UHGV virus genome: UHGV-0120405
Reading direction: 5' to 3' (one strand)
Source: a virus
DNA length: 42,780 nt
Shown: positions 40,309 to 42,780 of the stretch, piece by piece
Layout: each line of letters begins with the position of its first letter
Numbering within the stretch: position 1 is the stretch's first letter
Notes under the pieces: generated by a model
Database searches by the model: none
What the model was told of the DNA's origin: nothing
The model's input: the letters and a program-made list of their open reading frames with translations, nothing else
Made by a program: the position numbers and the translations under genes

Positions 40309-40327
40309 TTTGTCACCTCCTACACTA

Positions 40328-40463
40328 ATAATAACATGTAAGAATAAAAAGTCAAGTATAAAATTACTCATCTAAGTAAAAAATTACTCAAATTAGTAAA
40401 AATAATACTTGACATATACTCAATGTGGTGATATTATATTATTGAAACAACTCAATCGAGTAA
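40328..40463. promoter_or_regulatory. lysis-lysogeny switch: divergent promoters and four 16-bp operators
   Basis: Rightward TTGACA 40409-17 bp-TATTAT 40432; leftward TTGACT 40355-40350. TTACTC-N5-AGTAA-like sites at 40364, 40384, 40416 and 40448. Confidence 0.8.
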
Positions 40464-40487
40464 AAAAACAGAAGGAGGTAAAAACTT

Positions 40488-40697
40488 ATGTATAAAAATT
40501 TAGAAGCTGAATTGGCTAGAAACGGCATATCTAAAAATTCATTAGCCAAAACATTAAATCTATCCCAAAAGGGATTGTATTTAAAATTATCTGGAGAAAC
40601 AGATTTTACATTAACAGAAGTAAAAAAGATAAAATCTTTATTTAAAGGATTGACTTTAGAATATCTATTTGTTGATTCAAAAGACGAAATTGCGTAG
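40488..40697 (+). CDS. Cro-like HTH regulator
   Basis: NLEAELARNGIS...LA..L...KLSG..DFTL.E; divergent from the repressor. Confidence 0.88.
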   Translation: MYKNLEAELARNGISKNSLAKTLNLSQKGLYLKLSGETDFTLTEVKKIKSLFKGLTLEYLFVDSKDEIA

Positions 40698-40783
40698 GAG
40701 GTGGGAAAGTGAGACATTATAGAGCTGTAAAGAGGAAAAAAGCAGCCCATACAAATGAGCTGCTAGAATTGAATGTAAAATTG

Positions 40784-41140
40784 TCAATTAATGGTACCGA
40801 TTGTAGCACCGATAATTTGGTCAGTAAATACCACAAGATATGCAAGATTGCTTGTAGCAGAGCCATTAGTGATAGTGACATCTTTTAATAAAACAAAGGA
40901 ATTTGATTGGTTTTGAATGTTTCTTTCAGAAAGAGTTTTATCGAAAACATTAAATAATTCTTTAAAAATGGTGTCACTAGGTGTAGATGATTCAATTTTT
41001 TTGTGATTAACAAATTTGCCTGTTATCATTCCATTTGGTGTAAACAAGATTAGTTCATTATTATTAAGTGATTCATCTGCATTGGGTATGCTAGACAATC
41101 CAGCTATTAAAATCTTTTTTGCTGCTATATTATTGTCCAT
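40784..41140 (-). CDS. accessory (moron-like) hypothetical protein
   Basis: Own -10 TATAAT, RBS GAAAGGAGG and downstream hairpin; possible Sm-like pattern (T.NG.ITG...FVLLKDV). Confidence 0.75.
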   Translation of the reverse strand: MDNNIAAKKILIAGLSSIPNADESLNNNELILFTPNGMITGKFVNHKKIESSTPSDTIFKELFNVFDKTLSERNIQNQSNSFVLLKDVTITNGSATSNLAYLVVFTDQIIGATIGTIN

Positions 41141-41241
41141 GTATTTTCCTCCTTTCTATAAGAATTGCCGATATGCCAGTATCGGTAAGATAATTATAAT
41201 ATAGAAAGAAGAAAATGTAAATAATCAAGGAGGTGAACATA

Positions 41242-41460
41242 ATGAATTCTACTAAAAATATTACTGATAATTTAAAGCAAATTGTTAAAAAAAGTGGGTT
41301 GAAGCAGTATGTTGTAGCCGAAAAATGCGGTTATTCGCCAAAAACATTTAGTGATATGTTAAATAACAGAAAGCTCATAACAGCACAAGACATTTATATG
41401 TTATGTGAAGGTTTAGATATTAGCCCTAATGATTTATTGGGTTATAACAAAAGTGAATAA
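41242..41460 (+). CDS. XRE-family HTH protein
   Basis: GLKQ..VAEKCG...FSDMLNNRK.I...SPNDL; RBS AGGAGGTG. Confidence 0.85.
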   Translation: MNSTKNITDNLKQIVKKSGLKQYVVAEKCGYSPKTFSDMLNNRKLITAQDIYMLCEGLDISPNDLLGYNKSE

Positions 41461-41484
41461 AAAAGCCACCTCTGATGAGATGGC
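41460..41484 (-). terminator. terminator closing the permuted-intron transcript
   Basis: Minus strand GCCATCTC-ATCA-GAGGTGGC-TTTTT. Confidence 0.75.
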
Positions 41485-41492
41485 ATAAAATA

Positions 41493-41561
41493 CAATATAA
41501 GGTTTTCGCCGAATTTACGGAGTATTAATTACAAGTTACCTTGTAATGGGGCAAAAAGTTT
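41493..41561 (-). ncRNA. group I intron 5' half (P1/IGS, P2, P3, P4, P5), placed downstream of the exon
   Basis: Minus strand: TGAGGT|AAA-CTT-TTTGCCCCA (P1 with U.G), ATTACAAG-GTAA-CTTGTAAT (P2), ACTCCGT (P3), AAA, TTCGGCG (P4), AAAA, CCTTATATTG (P5). Confidence 0.78.
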
Positions 41562-41750
41562 ACCTCACCTAAATAATCTAACTTACGAGCAGTTGCTTCT
41601 AAGACATGTGCCTTAGGTTCAATTGTTGTAATAGTTGCATCGTATGTTTCAGTTACATCACTAGCTATTGAGTTAGAAACATCAATGTACGCATCTAAAG
41701 CAGGTGATGTAGCTAAGTTAATAATATTATTATTATTATTCATAGACATC
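41562..41750 (-). CDS. 189-nt exon predicted to circularise into a stop-free 63-codon ORF (linear ORF 41525..41749)
   Basis: Bounded by the predicted terminal G (41751) and the 5' splice site (41562/41561). The linear stop lies inside the intron half. Confidence 0.68.
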
Positions 41751-41928
41751 CAATTTTGTTACTCCACTAAATAAGTGGGGCTACATCATTTCTGTGTAGC
41801 TCTTGTAGTCACCTACAAGTTCAGACTGTGCCTTCAACCTAAATATCAAACTCCACATAGGTTGAAGGCACAGTCGTTACACCTTCCCTTAAAGTGGGCT
41901 CGGCTCGGCGTTGTCTTAAATTATATTG
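41751..41928 (-). ncRNA. group I intron 3' half (P5', P4', P6, P7, P3', P9-P9.2, terminal G), placed upstream of the exon
   Basis: Minus strand: CAACGCCGAGCC (Q), GGAAGGTGTAACGACTG (R), TGGAGT (P3'), GAAGGCACAGTCTGAA (S), CTTGTAG-GTGA-CTACAAG (P9), two further hairpins, GTAACAAAATTG end. Confidence 0.82.
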
Positions 41929-41959
41929 ATATTTTAACACAAAAATATCAATATTTCAA
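41923..41959 (-). promoter_or_regulatory. sigma-A promoter of the permuted intron, overlapped by a 13-bp inverted repeat
   Basis: Minus strand TTGAAA-17 bp-TAAAAT with extended TG; ATATTGATATTTT-6-AAAATATCAATAT. Confidence 0.72.
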
Positions 41960-42044
41960 CACAAATTAGTAATAATAAGTTTCCTATATTAATTTATTAT
42001 TTTGTATAAATACTACAATAATGCAAATAGCAAGGAGGTTGAGA

Positions 42045-42266
42045 ATGAGAAGAAAAGTTATTATTAAAATTGGTGACAAGTATTATCATTCTGAGATTAA
42101 AGTTGGATTATTTAATTTTAAAATTGTGATAATAGCGAGAACAAATAATTTAGAGGATGTATTCGGAAGGAGCATTAACTTTGAGGTTATTTACAACAAA
42201 GCCTATTCACTAAAGAGTCATATCATATTTTATATGACCCTCATAGCGAATAAGTTTAAGCACTAG
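42045..42266 (+). CDS. hypothetical protein
   Basis: RBS AAGGAGGT before ATG 42045; no recognisable motif. Confidence 0.5.
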   Translation: MRRKVIIKIGDKYYHSEIKVGLFNFKIVIIARTNNLEDVFGRSINFEVIYNKAYSLKSHIIFYMTLIANKFKH

Positions 42267-42493
42267 ATTAAATTTTCTATGTAATCTAGTCCATAATCAG
42301 TAAATTCTATACCACGGAAGCCGATTGAATTTGAAGTTAAGATAATATAACCGTTGTCTTCAAGATATTCAAGCATTTTCTGTTGTTCAAGTTTTTCTGA
42401 TTGGTCAGTAGAATATACAAGAGAAAATTTATAACCGTATTGTTTATACCCAGTGTATAGTTCTTTTAAAAATTCTAGGGTTTCTGAATTCAT
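42263..42493 (-). CDS. accessory winged-helix-like protein
   Basis: LEYLEDNGYI...FTDYGLDYIEN; own promoter and RBS GAAAGGAG. Confidence 0.72.
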   Translation of the reverse strand: MNSETLEFLKELYTGYKQYGYKFSLVYSTDQSEKLEQQKMLEYLEDNGYIILTSNSIGFRGIEFTDYGLDYIENLI

Positions 42494-42599
42494 AATTAAT
42501 TCTCCTTTCTATAGATATTAACTAATATGCCACTATCAGTTAATTGAATTATAGCATATAAGGAGAAGTATTAAAAGTAATATTAGGAGGTAAAAACTT

Positions 42600-42780
42600 A
42601 TGAATAATATACAAGTTTTTAACAATGAAGAACTTGGTTGTATAAGAACAGTAATTATAAATGACCAACCTTGGTTTGTTGGTAAAGATATTGCAGTTGC
42701 TTTGGGATATAGCAACACAAGGGATGCGTTAGCTAAGAGAGTTGATGATGAAGATAAGGGGGTAGCAAAATGCGACACCC
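42600..42780 (+). CDS. BRO-N antirepressor, 5' part (continues at position 1)
   Basis: RBS AGGAGGT; MNNIQVFNNEELGCIRTVIINDQPWFVGKDIAVALGYSNTRDAL...DKGVAKCDT. Confidence 0.93.
   Translation, partial: MNNIQVFNNEELGCIRTVIINDQPWFVGKDIAVALGYSNTRDALAKRVDDEDKGVAKCDT

Noticed and set aside
41493..41928. Ordinary group I intron, IStron or decayed intron remnant
   Set aside because: The halves are in reversed order with their own promoter and terminator, there is no transposase or interrupted gene, and cross-half pairings are retained. Decay cannot be fully excluded given the weak P8 and P10.
41775..41969. Plus-strand 64-aa ORF
   Set aside because: Antisense to the ribozyme core, with no RBS and no protein-like motif.

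Overview
The window is one complete, circularly closed temperate phage genome (42,780 bp, AT-rich, Clostridia-like). A BRO-N antirepressor reads in frame from 42600 across the end into 1-434. Modules in order: replication and nucleotide metabolism (SNF2 helicase, HNH, VRR-NUC, fused exonuclease-ATPase, family B DNA polymerase, primase-helicase, methylase, MazG fusion, ThyX, HD hydrolase), SPP1-like head with a toxin-extended MuF and a tRNA-Gln, PBSX/Xkd-type contractile tail, lysis, attP with tyrosine integrase, and an ImmA/repressor/Cro switch followed by an accessory strip. Main finding: the accessory strip holds a minus-strand transcription unit (about 41460-41959) that reads as a naturally permuted group I intron, ordered 3' half, exon, 5' half. 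Predicted splicing would circularise a 189-nt exon (exactly 63 codons), create a ribosome-binding site at the junction and remove the only in-frame stop, giving an endless ORF. Other notable items are a perfect 188-bp inverted duplication of an origin-like region about 24 kb apart, an attP matching the 3' end of rpsI, and a ~158-aa domain inserted in the tail sheath. All calls come from reading motifs by eye; no searches or folding programs were run.
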